From: Gemmatimonadota bacterium
GTDB lineage: Bacteria; Gemmatimonadota; Gemmatimonadetes; Gemmatimonadales; GWC2-71-9
Length of the DNA: 64,000 nucleotides
Reading direction: 5' to 3'
NCBI GenBank assembly: GCA_036679605.1
Contig: JAZDCZ010000180.1
Coordinates: 64,001 to 128,000 of the forward strand
The notes under the pieces are model-generated. The model saw nothing but the letters and a program-made list of their open reading frames with translations, had not been told where the DNA came from and searched no databases. How positions within the stretch are numbered: the stretch's first letter is position 1; the number at the start of each line of letters is the position of its first letter. Below, piece after piece: positions 29,386 through 38,678 of this stretch. The position numbers and the translations under genes are program-made.

Positions 29386-30461
29386 GCGCTCTTCCGCGTA
29401 GACAACGCATATTCTACGAGCCCGGCAATTCGATTCAAGGGTGCCACTATCTCGGCACCTCCCGACGCGATTGCAGCTTGTGGCATTCCGAAAATCACTG
29501 AGGTCTCTTTGTCTTGGGCCACGGTCGCACCCCCCACATCCCGAATCGCCTTGAGTCCCGCTGCTCCGTCCTTGCCCATCCCAGTCAGGACCACTCCAAC
29601 CGTCCGGCGGCCAAAACACTTGGCAATGGACCGAAATAGCGGATCGGCCGCAGGCCTCACTCCCCAAACGTGTGGGGTTTGGTCGAGTGCAATGCAGGGA
29701 CTCGCATCGCCTCCGACCCTCATATGATAATCACCGGGCGCCACGTACACTGTGTCGCTTGTTATCTCCATGCCATCCTCGGCCTCCACCACGCGCAGTA
29801 GACTGGCTTGGTCGAGACGAGCGGCAAGACTCTTAGTAAACGAAGGAGGCATGTGTTGAACTACCAGAATCCCAGCGCCAAGTCCGGTGGGCAGCTCAGG
29901 TACCAACTGCGCTAGCGCGCGCGGACCCCCGGTGCTCGCAGCAATCGCAACACCCACCGGCGGCTGCCCCGAATAACGCGCCGAGCTTGGCTCCCCTCTA
30001 TCTTGAATGCGAAAACGCCACGGCTGGGACAGACGCCCAACATCCGCCGAGTGCGCAGCTTCTAGCGCAGATAGAAGTTGGGGTTTCATCATAGTCAGCC
30101 CGGCAACGTCGGTTCCAGATTTCGCCACTACCTCTGTCGCCCCCAACTCAAGTGCCTTGATAGCGGCATCAGCGCCGGGTTGAGTGTGGGCGCTCACGAC
30201 AACTATCGGCACCGGAGTATCACTCATGATGCGTTCAATAGCCTCTAACCCGCCCAGTCCGGGCATCTCGATGTCCATCGTGACCAAGTCCGGTTCGAGG
30301 TTGCGAACTTTTGCAATCGCATCCGCGCCATTTCTCGCCGTGTCGACGACACTGAACCTGTTCGAATCGTTCACTATATCAGAGATCAAACGCCGCATGA
30401 AAGCGCTGTCGTCAACTACCAAGACAGTGGGGCGGATTCTAGATTCGGAATGGTTCGCCAT
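29382..30461 (-). CDS. cheB: Chemotaxis response regulator methylesterase CheB
   Basis: REC domain (VVDDSAFMR, TMDIEMP) plus catalytic ASTGGP, VQHMP and LTGMGKDG. Confidence 0.96.
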   Translation of the reverse strand: MANHSESRIRPTVLVVDDSAFMRRLISDIVNDSNRFSVVDTARNGADAIAKVRNLEPDLVTMDIEMPGLGGLEAIERIMSDTPVPIVVVSAHTQPGADAAIKALELGATEVVAKSGTDVAGLTMMKPQLLSALEAAHSADVGRLSQPWRFRIQDRGEPSSARYSGQPPVGVAIAASTGGPRALAQLVPELPTGLGAGILVVQHMPPSFTKSLAARLDQASLLRVVEAEDGMEITSDTVYVAPGDYHMRVGGDASPCIALDQTPHVWGVRPAADPLFRSIAKCFGRRTVGVVLTGMGKDGAAGLKAIRDVGGATVAQDKETSVIFGMPQAAIASGGAEIVAPLNRIAGLVEYALSTRKSA

Positions 30462-30948
30462 AGGGCATCCTCACAGTCACCACTCCGTTTTCAATATCAA
30501 ACCAAACTGAACGACTCGACTCCCCGCCAACGGCCTCTGCGACCACGGGTATATTTTGGGCACTTAAAGCCAACCGACACGCGGCCAGATTGCGTTCCCC
30601 TATGTGGACTTTGCCACTCGCCATCAAGTCAGCAAACATGCAGGCTCCACCAATCAAGCGACCGACGATGTGATCTCGCACGCCTCCGGCCTCCAGCACC
30701 TTCTCGACAAGAAGCGGCACGGCAGTTTCTGCGGACCGTGCCGGCTTGTCTCGAATACGGGAATGCGACTGAGACGGGAGCAACACATGAACCAGCCCGC
30801 CCACTCGTCGCTCCGCATCGTGCATCAGAACCGCAACACAACTGCCCAACCCAAGCGCAGCCAATCTGCCAACGTTTGCTGCAACGGCGAATTCTCCCAT
30901 GGGGACTAGAGTCGGGGCGGTGGTAGAGGTCGTGCCATCGCCGCTCAT
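30439..30948 (-). CDS. cheD: Chemoreceptor glutamine deamidase CheD
   Basis: GLGSCVAV, GLVHVLLP, GGACMF, IGERN; catalytic Cys/His present. Confidence 0.93.
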   Translation of the reverse strand: MSGDGTTSTTAPTLVPMGEFAVAANVGRLAALGLGSCVAVLMHDAERRVGGLVHVLLPSQSHSRIRDKPARSAETAVPLLVEKVLEAGGVRDHIVGRLIGGACMFADLMASGKVHIGERNLAACRLALSAQNIPVVAEAVGGESSRSVWFDIENGVVTVRMPYGEPFRI

Positions 30949-31760
30949 GGCAGCTTGTAGATTCGCTCTCGTGCGTCTACGAGTTCTAATATCTCACGCA
31001 CATTCCCCGACAGTGTCTCGGTTTTGCCTAGCACCAGGTAGCCTCCAGGCGCCAACGAGTGCACGAACTGTCGGAAGAGTTTCTCTTGTGTTGGTCTGTC
31101 AAAGTAGATTAGCACGTTGCGACATATGATGATGTCGTAGGGTGGGTTCGGCGGTGGTTCCACTGTTATGTCATGTCGGATGAATTCCACGCCTTGCTTG
31201 ACCGACTGCAGAACGGATCGCGGAAGATCACGGGAGAAATAACGATCCACCAACTCTTGCGGCATCTCCTCCAGGGCGGATTCCTTGTAGCTTCCTTTCT
31301 CTGCCCGGGATAGACTTTCGGGATCAAGATCTGTGGCATCTACCCGGCCAACGCTGACAAGGCCGGCACCATCATGGCGGGCCAACTCGAGCAAGAGGAT
31401 AGCCAGAGTGTATGGCTCCTCACCTGACGAGCATCCGGCTGACCAACATCGCACATTGCCCTTCCGCACTTGCCACAGCATAGGTAGGACATGTTCGGTA
31501 AGCGCGTTCCAGGTATCTCGATTGCGATAGAACTTCGTGACGTTGATCGTGAGCGCGCTGAGGAGCCTGTCATTTTCATCCTCATCGCGAGCGAGAACGG
31601 CCGCGTAATCGGTATAAGTCTGGACGTCGCATGCTCTCATGCGAACGGCAATACGGCGTCTGAGACAGCTCTCCTTATATGCGCCACACTGCAACCCCAT
31701 CTGCCCTTCAATTGTTTTCAGTAGCTCCTCTAGATCGGAATCGAGGTGCGTGTCTATCAC
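30945..31760 (-). CDS. cheR: Chemotaxis methyltransferase CheR
   Basis: LTINVTKFYR, WSAGCSSGEEPYT, IICRNVLIYFD, LGKTE. Start set at GTG 31760 (GTGA overlap). Confidence 0.95.
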   Translation of the reverse strand: MIDTHLDSDLEELLKTIEGQMGLQCGAYKESCLRRRIAVRMRACDVQTYTDYAAVLARDEDENDRLLSALTINVTKFYRNRDTWNALTEHVLPMLWQVRKGNVRCWSAGCSSGEEPYTLAILLLELARHDGAGLVSVGRVDATDLDPESLSRAEKGSYKESALEEMPQELVDRYFSRDLPRSVLQSVKQGVEFIRHDITVEPPPNPPYDIIICRNVLIYFDRPTQEKLFRQFVHSLAPGGYLVLGKTETLSGNVREILELVDARERIYKLP

Positions 31761-33376
31761 TTTAACGCGCTCACCGTCTCCAGATTCGTACGCGCGAGTT
31801 CGTGTTGCGGATTGATCGCCATCGCCTTCGTCCAATACTCCGAGGCAAGTTCCCGGTCGAGTCGCTTATACGCGATGTTCCCAAGTTTGAAATAGACGTC
31901 GTCGCCTAGCTGGGGTTGCAGCTTGATGGCCCTTTGATAGGTCTCCCATGCGTCGTCGTGGCGCCCAGCTCGATAGAAGAGATCTCCCAAATTCTTGGAC
32001 AGCTGTGGAAGGGACGGTTCGTCCGCAAAGGCTTGCTCGAGGATCTCTTCCGCCTCCTTGGTCTGTCCGATCAACTCGAGCAGGGCTCCCAGGTTGTTTC
32101 GCAGAACAGTATTTTCGGGATAAAGCTCCAGGCCTCGCCTCAGGATGGATTCGGCTTCCTCGAACTCGCCTCGAGCACCGGACGCGAGAGAGCGCATCCA
32201 AAACCACATGACTCCAAGCTGTTCCTCGGATGCGACTTCGGCAGCACGATCTAGGCGTCCAGCAGCCACTTCGAATTCCCCTTGACGCAAGGCGACGGCA
32301 CCCCAACCCATGAGGATTTTCGGGTCGCGGCGTGCGCGGGTCGCAGCCTCGGCGTATGTCGACTCGGCCTCGTCCAGCTTACCGGCACTTTCCAAACTAA
32401 GCGCAAGATTGTACAGCACTGCAGGCCGCGCCCCACCCCTCTCCGCGGCCTGCCCAAAATCCTTTATGGCCTGATCCCAGCGGGCCTGCTTGAAACTGAT
32501 TAGCCCAAGATGGAAGTACGCGCTTCCGTCGGACGGTCTGAGGTCCACAACACGGCGGAATTCGCGTTTGGATTCGTCCAGCATTCCGGTGCGGTAGAAG
32601 GCCACACCAAGATTCCGGTGCTCCTCAACTCGCTCACTGCCTTCCTGCGCCCTCTCGCCTGACTCGCGGCGTCCTACCTGTCGTACGAATCCGGCTGTAA
32701 TGAGTCCGAAGATGGCCTTGCCCGCTTCGAATTCGAGCAATCCTGCATCTTCGATTATCTGCGTCACGTCGCGTGATCCATCGAGCAGTGGAACGATCCG
32801 CTCCTGCTCCTCCGACAGATCGACTTCGGCAACATCCAATCGCTCTTGGTCTAGTTCGAACTGGAGATCGAACGAAGGGATCTTCTTCTTGATCTGGCTC
32901 CACTCGTCTACTCGTCGGGCGCCCTCGAGCAAGAGAGATTCTGGATCGATCGACACCAAGAAGTCTTGACGATTAGGCCGCAGACCTGTTTCGAACGAGA
33001 AGTGCCCCTGGGTCCATGTGAACAGAAAGTAAACCGCGTCCTCGATTTGCAACCGCATGAAACGCTCCAGTTCAGTGCGGTCAAGGGCATGCATCTCCAG
33101 CAGGATCTCTCCAAGTTTCTTCTCGCGCTCGTCCGATTGCCGGTCAATAGCGGCATCGAGCTGCTCCTGCTTGATTACGCTTGCCTTAACGAGGATGTCT
33201 CCCAGCCGGTCGCGGCGGTTCACTACGGTGGCATAGCTAACACGACCTGCATCAAAAAAGATATAGCCGAGGTTGGAGCGGTCGGTGATCGAGAGACAGC
33301 CGGTCTTTCTACCCAATGAGAGTAACTGCAGCACGTCTGGGAGAGAGGCCTCCTCGAGACTTCCCTTGATAGCCAC
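31757..33376 (-). CDS. DUF4388 (PATAN) domain + TPR protein
   Basis: G.L...SLPDVLQLL...KTG.L start, GHFSF, LLEGARRVDEW, then multiple TPRs. Confidence 0.85.
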   Translation of the reverse strand: MAIKGSLEEASLPDVLQLLSLGRKTGCLSITDRSNLGYIFFDAGRVSYATVVNRRDRLGDILVKASVIKQEQLDAAIDRQSDEREKKLGEILLEMHALDRTELERFMRLQIEDAVYFLFTWTQGHFSFETGLRPNRQDFLVSIDPESLLLEGARRVDEWSQIKKKIPSFDLQFELDQERLDVAEVDLSEEQERIVPLLDGSRDVTQIIEDAGLLEFEAGKAIFGLITAGFVRQVGRRESGERAQEGSERVEEHRNLGVAFYRTGMLDESKREFRRVVDLRPSDGSAYFHLGLISFKQARWDQAIKDFGQAAERGGARPAVLYNLALSLESAGKLDEAESTYAEAATRARRDPKILMGWGAVALRQGEFEVAAGRLDRAAEVASEEQLGVMWFWMRSLASGARGEFEEAESILRRGLELYPENTVLRNNLGALLELIGQTKEAEEILEQAFADEPSLPQLSKNLGDLFYRAGRHDDAWETYQRAIKLQPQLGDDVYFKLGNIAYKRLDRELASEYWTKAMAINPQHELARTNLETVSALK

Positions 33377-35337
33377 TAGGCGAACTCCTCGATGAGCCTC
33401 TCCTCAGGAATCGGCCAATTCCACACTATTTTCTCGCTGCTGCGAATGCCACCAGTAGGGGAAGTCAGTACGCCGCTGGACCGCGTCTTTGACGATGGCC
33501 GGCGCATCGGTGCAGCAGTGCCCTGAGTGAGTTCCCTGGCCAGCGCAGCACTTACAGTCACTTCGCCAGACTCTGCACTGGTGATTACCCGTTGGACCAA
33601 CCCCACCACACTTCTAATGGAATCCGCAGGCCGGTCAGCCAGGTAATCGGTAAGTTCCTGATCGGCACTGCCCAGTCGATCGGTAAGAATTCGGGACACG
33701 ATCGCGTATCGTAAGTCGCGATCGGGCGGGCCGATTTCCACCACCAACCCTGCGCCCAGTTTTGACCTGAGCGAATCATCCAAGCCCTCCACTTCTTCAG
33801 GCAGTGCGTTGATCGTTACCACTACCTGGCGCGTTGAATCAACGAAATTGTCCAGGAGACGAACAACTTCTGCCTGCACCCTTGGTTGGCTCCCAGCCAA
33901 ATGGACGTCATCGATCAGCAGCACCATGGCTTTTTGAAACCGGCTGCGCCAATGCTCTATCTTGCCGTTGGCCAACGCCTCCGAGATGTCGTCGAGTAAT
34001 TTCTGAGTGGACACGCAGACTACAGGAAACCCCAGTGTGTCGGAAAGTTCGTTACCTATCGCGTGGAGTAAGTGGGTTTTTCCAACTCCAGTCGATCCCG
34101 CAAGCACCAACGGGTTGTGGCCGGTCCCAGGAGCGACAATAACTGCCCTCGCAGCTTCCCTGGCTGTGCGGTTGGACAAACCCTCTACATGTGATTGAAA
34201 TGTCCAGCTAGAAGACAGCAGATCCGCCGGCTTATCGCTTGCTACCAGCCCCTCCACCAAGGCCTTTGCCTCGGCAACCCGATCGGGATCAGAGAACACC
34301 GGATCCTCCGCAGCGTCCGGGTCTGAGCCGACCATTGTTGCCCTGAGCGACGCCAGCTGCTGAACGTCCCTTTCAAATGCGTGTACCGAATCCTCTACCG
34401 ATACCAAAGTATCCTGTTCCAGCATCGTCTCCAGACGCGCCGTTACATATCCCTCATCTCCCCACTTGCGTATCGCGTCGCCCAGTCGAGACTGCCACAC
34501 TTGCACTTGTTCCTGCACGGTGACGCTTACGTCGGCAAGAAAGTCAGCGAACTCGTCTCGCTCTTCCGGCTCTCCCCTCTCGTCTATCTCTTGCTTAGCG
34601 GTTGCAGGCAGAGGAAAGGTTTCCGCCTCGAGCAGGGCACGAGCTGCCTTTGGAGTTATCATGTCATCGCCTACAGCCTGCAGGGCCATCAATCGGTTCT
34701 GCACTCCCAACAATTCTCTGATGTCAACGATCTCGAACTCCGCTACTGCCTCTAATACACCGGCATTGAACTGTACTTCTCGCTCCTTCGTGCGTCGTTC
34801 CAAGATGGCAAGTCGTGTCTCGTAATCGGGCGGCTCGATGTCGACCACCAGACCGGCAGAAAGCCGCACTACGAGGTCGTCGTCGACTCCGGCGATTTCC
34901 GACGGCTGGCTCGTACCCGCGACAACAACCTGCCTACCAGCTGACACCATTGAGGAAACTAGCTCCAGCACCGTCGACTGTATCTCGAGCCGCTGCGACA
35001 GCTGCTGTATGTCGTCCATCAGCAAGAAGTCGATGGCAGAAAGACGCTTTTGAAAGGCCTCACCCTGTCCGGCGGCGTTGGCTGCTTGATGGGCCTCAGC
35101 AAGCTCGTCGAGGGGCAGGTACTCTACGGTCATCCATGGTGCGCCAAGTTGAGCCATCCTGCCGCTTGCAGTCAGCAGATGAGTTTTCCCTGCTCCCGGG
35201 TCACCGCATATGTAGAGCGGGTTGTAGGCGGTTCCAGGGGCCTCTGCCACCTTGCGCGCTGCGGTTGCAGCTAACCCGTTACCGGATCCGGTGAGAAATC
35301 TCTCGAATCCCAGCTGTGGATTCAGCTCGACCGTCAC
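33376..35337 (-). CDS. Protein with two tandem DnaA-type AAA+ domains and no DnaA domain I or IV
   Basis: Repeat 1: [41 protein letters not shown]. Repeat 2: [40 protein letters not shown]. Confidence 0.88.
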   Translation of the reverse strand: MTVELNPQLGFERFLTGSGNGLAATAARKVAEAPGTAYNPLYICGDPGAGKTHLLTASGRMAQLGAPWMTVEYLPLDELAEAHQAANAAGQGEAFQKRLSAIDFLLMDDIQQLSQRLEIQSTVLELVSSMVSAGRQVVVAGTSQPSEIAGVDDDLVVRLSAGLVVDIEPPDYETRLAILERRTKEREVQFNAGVLEAVAEFEIVDIRELLGVQNRLMALQAVGDDMITPKAARALLEAETFPLPATAKQEIDERGEPEERDEFADFLADVSVTVQEQVQVWQSRLGDAIRKWGDEGYVTARLETMLEQDTLVSVEDSVHAFERDVQQLASLRATMVGSDPDAAEDPVFSDPDRVAEAKALVEGLVASDKPADLLSSSWTFQSHVEGLSNRTAREAARAVIVAPGTGHNPLVLAGSTGVGKTHLLHAIGNELSDTLGFPVVCVSTQKLLDDISEALANGKIEHWRSRFQKAMVLLIDDVHLAGSQPRVQAEVVRLLDNFVDSTRQVVVTINALPEEVEGLDDSLRSKLGAGLVVEIGPPDRDLRYAIVSRILTDRLGSADQELTDYLADRPADSIRSVVGLVQRVITSAESGEVTVSAALARELTQGTAAPMRRPSSKTRSSGVLTSPTGGIRSSEKIVWNWPIPEERLIEEFA

Positions 35338-35933
35338 TCTGGACCCTCTTCACTCAATTTCCGTAGAACTACTTCCGAAATTCCTTTCAGTGTCTCGAAC
35401 ACTCCGTTTCCGCTAAGCGCATCGGCGACAAAGCTGGGGGTCTCGCGAAAGTTGAGCGCTGAGTCGAGTTCATCCGCCGTTAGAATGAGATCAGACGGAA
35501 GGTCTTGTTTGTTGTACTGCAGCACCATGGGCAACGTGCGGACATCAACCGCTTGTTCAACAAGGTTCTCATGCAGGTTTTGCAGGCTCTGGATATTCTC
35601 ATCCAGTTGACGCGCTTGGCTATCCGCTACGAAAACGACGCCGTCGGCACCGTGGAGCACGAGTTTTCGAGTCGCGTTGTAATAAACCTGCCCGGGCACC
35701 GTATACAACTGGAACCTCGTCGTAAAGCCTGAGATCGACCCAAGTTCCAACGGCAGAAAATCAAAAAACAACGTGCGGTCTGTTTGAGTCGCCAGAGACA
35801 CCATCCGGCCTCGTCTCGCCTCTGGGACTCGGCCGAAGATGTAGAGCAGGTTTGTCGTCTTGCCCGACCTGCCGGGACCGTAGTAAACGATCTTGCACGT
35901 GATTTCGCGTGTCGTGAAGTTGACTAGAGACAT
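35334..35933 (-). CDS. mglA: MglA-family small Ras-like GTPase
   Basis: [50 protein letters not shown]. Confidence 0.95.
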   Translation of the reverse strand: MSLVNFTTREITCKIVYYGPGRSGKTTNLLYIFGRVPEARRGRMVSLATQTDRTLFFDFLPLELGSISGFTTRFQLYTVPGQVYYNATRKLVLHGADGVVFVADSQARQLDENIQSLQNLHENLVEQAVDVRTLPMVLQYNKQDLPSDLILTADELDSALNFRETPSFVADALSGNGVFETLKGISEVVLRKLSEEGPE

Positions 35934-35937
35934 CTGT

Positions 35938-36408
35938 TTATCGTCCGAATAGCGAGTTCAGGCTCTCATTCAAGTCCCGTTCGAAATCAGCAGCTAGCAC
36001 CGGCTTGCGTGTCTCACCAACTGGGCATGCATCCACGAGATCCCTCACAAGATCTTCGAAGAATAATTGTACCAATCCGACCGACGAATCTGGGCCGTAG
36101 ACAACCAACGAAAGCAGTCGTCCTCTGGGTGTGTCAAATTCACCCAAGAAAATTCCGTGCTGCGACCCTTGGTGGTTGAGCGCGGTGAACTTCTCATCGC
36201 CAATCAGTTTGGCCATTTCGTTAGTCGAGGAAACAATTGCAGCACCCAATGCTGCCGCGGCCATCACATCAACAGCTCGTGTGAAGCCATGCTGCGCCAT
36301 GACTTGCCCCGCAGGAGTCATGACCAGTGTCAGCCGCGCAGCGGCTTCATCGATGAAGCGTTCGACAGGTTCCACGAGCCACTGCTCGACCGCCCGCGTC
36401 AGCTTCAC
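35938..36408 (-). CDS. mglB: MglB-like Roadblock/LC7 protein
   Basis: AALGAA…[10 protein letters not shown]…HQG, SVGLVQL and a C-terminal helix LNSLF resembling myxobacterial MglB; directly upstream of mglA. Confidence 0.8.
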   Translation of the reverse strand: MKLTRAVEQWLVEPVERFIDEAAARLTLVMTPAGQVMAQHGFTRAVDVMAAAALGAAIVSSTNEMAKLIGDEKFTALNHQGSQHGIFLGEFDTPRGRLLSLVVYGPDSSVGLVQLFFEDLVRDLVDACPVGETRKPVLAADFERDLNESLNSLFGR

Positions 36409-36755
36409 GCAACCTCCCGGGCCATATGTGCCATCTCGAGTCTTACAAGTCCCATGTCGACATGCTCATCGGCAATGGCCACAATCACAACATCCCCTGC
36501 CGTTGGCATGACAAACACCGAACCATCCCTTGCTTGCAAGTGCAAGAACTGCTGCGCACCGCCACACGCCGCATGGGCCGCAAGCCCCATCCGTTTGACC
36601 AAGCTTGCCGTGAGTGCCGCGACAGCATTGCCACGCACTCCTTCTACCAACGAGTCGGCCACGATGAGACCATCGTCATGAGTAACTACCAACGCACCCC
36701 GCACACCGTGAACTTGCGTAATGCTTTTTAGCGCCTGTTGATATTGGTCAGTCAC
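36405..36755 (-). CDS. Roadblock/LC7 domain protein
   Basis: GVRGALVVTHDDGLIVA, VAALTA, DMGLVRLEM. Start set at GTG 36755 (GTGA overlap). Confidence 0.85.
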   Translation of the reverse strand: MTDQYQQALKSITQVHGVRGALVVTHDDGLIVADSLVEGVRGNAVAALTASLVKRMGLAAHAACGGAQQFLHLQARDGSVFVMPTAGDVVIVAIADEHVDMGLVRLEMAHMAREVA

Positions 36756-37534
36756 TGTCGCTGAGCCTCCAGCCATTCGCGCGCCCTGCCAGTAGCGGTG
36801 TTGGCAATGAGCGCAAGTCGGCCGACCGGCACATCTCGACCGCGAGCCACTACGAGGAGTGCATCGGTTACCGGCCTACTAACATGCATACTCCCGCCCT
36901 CACTCTCGACAATCATCCACTCCCATGCTCCAAGCTCCAGAATTCGGGCAGTCCTGTCGGCCTCGCGGCCACCTGCAGCCACGTGGGCGGCAACATCCTC
37001 GCTCGCTCCATCTAACAATACACCGGCAAGCAATCTGCCTTTCGCATCCACCAAGAGGACGCCATGGTCCGCATCGCTCACTCCCTCAAACGCCGATTTG
37101 GTTCCACCAACCTCTTCACTGGGAGCCTTCTTGGCGGCCGCCAGACGTACCGTCTTGAGCGCCCTCACAGCAGCGGGATCACTGGGATCGCCCGCCAATG
37201 CAAGTTCGAGATGCTCTAGAGCCCCATCGATATCCCGCCACCGAAAGCATAGAAATCCAAGCCCCTTGCGGGCGCCGCAATGTCGCGGCTCGAACTCCAC
37301 TGCGGCCATCCACTCATCGTAGGCACGCTGGTACTGTCCCATGTCAACGAGGATCCGAGCGTATAGGTCGTGTGCATCCGCTGAACCGGGATGTAGATCG
37401 AGCCCTGCCGTCACCACCTTGACGGCAGACTCGTGCTGGCCGCGATCCCTTAGCATCTCACCCAACTTCAGGAAAACCAGGCTGCTTGGATCACTGGCCA
37501 GTTCCGCACTCATCGACCTGATGTCCTCACTCAC
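36752..37534 (-). CDS. TPR + Roadblock/LC7 fusion protein
   Basis: N-terminal TPRs (DPSSLVFLKLGE…); C-terminal GVLLVDAKGRLLAG…LELG.W…ESEGG…PVGRL roadblock-like fold. Confidence 0.75.
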   Translation of the reverse strand: MSEDIRSMSAELASDPSSLVFLKLGEMLRDRGQHESAVKVVTAGLDLHPGSADAHDLYARILVDMGQYQRAYDEWMAAVEFEPRHCGARKGLGFLCFRWRDIDGALEHLELALAGDPSDPAAVRALKTVRLAAAKKAPSEEVGGTKSAFEGVSDADHGVLLVDAKGRLLAGVLLDGASEDVAAHVAAGGREADRTARILELGAWEWMIVESEGGSMHVSRPVTDALLVVARGRDVPVGRLALIANTATGRAREWLEAQRQ

Positions 37535-38678
37535 GAGACGTGCTCAACAAGTTGTCGAGTTTCTCCACTGCCTTCAGCGCCTCCCGTACACGTTCCACCT
37601 CGCGCTCTCGCTCTTCTGAATCATCCTCCAACTTGAGCCAGCGCTGCCACCATTGCACGGCTTCCTGGTGCTGCCCCTGCATGGCGAGTGCGTTGCCCAG
37701 CAAGCGATGAGCCTTTGCCAACATCGGTTCCATGCGAAGCGTGCGCCGGAGATTGTCCTCGGCATCGCTTGCTCGATGCTCAGCGAGGTCTATTTCCCCC
37801 AACATCAGGTGGGCTGTAGGCTCCTGAGAATGATCGGCCAATGCACTTTCTGCGTACCGCCGAGCCGACTCCGGCTCGCCCGCAGATAACGCCTCGTCGG
37901 CTCGCCTCATCAGATCCTCAAACGCCTTTCCCTCCTCCGCGATCGAGCGTCGCACATGCGGCCGCGACCGCAGTGTGAGCACGTCCGCACTGTCCAAGCC
38001 AAAGATCATCTTGGCAGTCTCGAATTCGGACCGGCCAAGAACAGTCGCTATCTGTCGTATGTCTCGGTCACCATCCACGGCCGTCAGCACCTCCCATTCG
38101 GCCGGCAGGAGATCGAGTGACGCGTCATCGCCATCAGGTTTTAGCTGTGCGAACGCCGGGACCACATCCAAGTTCGGTATTCGCCGCTCGATAAGAGACC
38201 ATTCGTCAATTCGCCGGGCCCCCTCCATCAACACCGAAGCGGTTGAAATGGAGACTTTGGTAGGCAAATCTCGCAATTCCCCTTCAACGAATGAAAAGTA
38301 GCCTTCCTGCCAACTCAAGAGTTCGAAGACAACCTCTTCGATTTGGAACCGTACCTGATGCTCGAGTTCCTTCTGTGTAATGGCACCTATTGCGACCAGT
38401 ACTTCGCCCATGCGGCGATCGTCGCCACGAAGCTGCATCTCCCGGGCGCGGTCGAGATCGGCCTCGGATATTTTACCCGAACGCATGAGCAGCCCGCCCA
38501 ACAAGTGCGGATTGCTCTCGATCTCCGCGTAGACTACGACACCGGTCTCGAAGTATACACACCCATTGTTTTGTCGCAGTTTTGAGTTGACGCTGAGCCT
38601 ACCGGTCTTTCTGCTCAAGTCGAGTAGCTGGAATACGTCGTGTATGCCCAGCTCTTTCAGCGGGCCTTCGATAGCCAT
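37527..38678 (-). CDS. DUF4388 (PATAN) domain + TPR protein
   Basis: MAIEGPL…DVFQLL.LSRKTG.L, WQEGYFSF, LMEGARRIDEW; C-terminal TPRs; paralog of 31757-33376. Confidence 0.85.
   Translation of the reverse strand: MAIEGPLKELGIHDVFQLLDLSRKTGRLSVNSKLRQNNGCVYFETGVVVYAEIESNPHLLGGLLMRSGKISEADLDRAREMQLRGDDRRMGEVLVAIGAITQKELEHQVRFQIEEVVFELLSWQEGYFSFVEGELRDLPTKVSISTASVLMEGARRIDEWSLIERRIPNLDVVPAFAQLKPDGDDASLDLLPAEWEVLTAVDGDRDIRQIATVLGRSEFETAKMIFGLDSADVLTLRSRPHVRRSIAEEGKAFEDLMRRADEALSAGEPESARRYAESALADHSQEPTAHLMLGEIDLAEHRASDAEDNLRRTLRMEPMLAKAHRLLGNALAMQGQHQEAVQWWQRWLKLEDDSEEREREVERVREALKAVEKLDNLLSTSRE

Noticed and set aside
29386..29667. Long N-terminal extensions in the ORF track for cheW, cheR, murD, tilS, rsmH and lspA
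   Set aside because: They overlap upstream genes or a hairpin; starts at or near the upstream stop codon fit family lengths better.
33376..35337. Calling this gene dnaA and the region oriC
   Set aside because: It has no domain I or IV, no dnaN/recF/gyrB neighbours, and no intergenic space or DnaA-box cluster was noticed.
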